Origin: Alkalilimnicola ehrlichii MLHE-1
GTDB taxonomy: Bacteria > Pseudomonadota > Gammaproteobacteria > Nitrococcales > Halorhodospiraceae
Assembly (NCBI RefSeq): GCF_000014785.1
Contig: NC_008340.1
Location: 2,400,001 to 2,432,000, forward strand
Reading direction: 5' to 3'
Length of the DNA stretch: 32,000 nucleotides
The translations under genes and the position numbers were made by a program. This document shows, piece by piece, positions 31,751-32,000 of this stretch (position 1 is its first letter; each line of letters starts with the position of its first letter). A model generated the notes under the pieces. The model had not been told where the DNA came from. It saw only the letters and a program-made list of their open reading frames with translations, and did no database searches.

Positions 31751-32000
31751 TGCCAGCTCCGGTGATAGGCGCCGAGGGTGGTCTGGGCCCCTTCCGACAG
31801 CTCCGCCAGGGTGCTCATCCAGTCCTCGCGCGGGCGAAAGCCGTTCCGGTCGGCCTGGCAGGCGTCGATCGCCTGGCGCCAGATCCGCGCCACCTGGGCC
31901 ACGTAGGCGGGACTGCGCTGGCGGCCCTCAATCTTCACCGCGCTGATGCCGGCGGCCATCAGCTCCGGCAGCAGGCCGAGGGTGTTGAGGCTGGTGGGCG
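31747..32000 (-). CDS. ubiU: UbiU (YhbU), U32-family protein, C-terminal part only
   Basis: PTSLNTLGLLPELMAAGISAVKIEGRQRSPAYVAQVARIWRQAID; the frame stays open past the window edge. Confidence 0.85.
   Translation of the reverse strand, partial: PTSLNTLGLLPELMAAGISAVKIEGRQRSPAYVAQVARIWRQAIDACQADRNGFRPREDWMSTLAELSEGAQTTLGAYHRSWQ

Overview
Chromosomal window from a high-GC gammaproteobacterium; gene content resembles halophilic or alkaliphilic Ectothiorhodospiraceae denitrifiers (lineage is inference). No CRISPR array, mobile element, rRNA or tRNA was recognised. Left to right: the 3' end of a FadL-family outer membrane porin; a CysH-type PAPS reductase; a nitric oxide reductase locus (norEF divergent from norCBQD) with a small membrane ORF; a divergent pair of a small membrane protein and an 879-aa protein joining a KaiC/RecA-like domain with a degenerate Walker A to a PEP-synthase/PPDK-type ATP-grasp domain; gdhA; a fatty acid beta-oxidation cluster (two fadE paralogs, thiolase, a HAD-ECH fusion, fadD, PsrA-like TetR regulator); cbpA-cbpM; full-length metH; an FNR-type regulator; and the anaerobic ubiquinone genes ubiT-ubiV-ubiU (ubiU truncated by the window edge). 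The strongest second-look items are: (1) the pseudo-KaiC/ATP-grasp fusion with two copies of a TTCTGnCAGAr palindrome in its divergent promoter; (2) a 15-bp perfect hairpin between norB and norQ; (3) an NsrR-like 11-1-11 box plus an FNR/DNR-like box in the norE/norC intergenic region; (4) two PsrA-like AAAC(N4)GTTT operators in the fad cluster; (5) a possible three-way-junction leader and/or NtrC-like site just upstream of gdhA; (6) convergent genes whose stop codons abut inside a perfect 16-bp palindrome; (7) an FNR-like regulator with a variant recognition helix that overlaps ubiT tail-to-tail.
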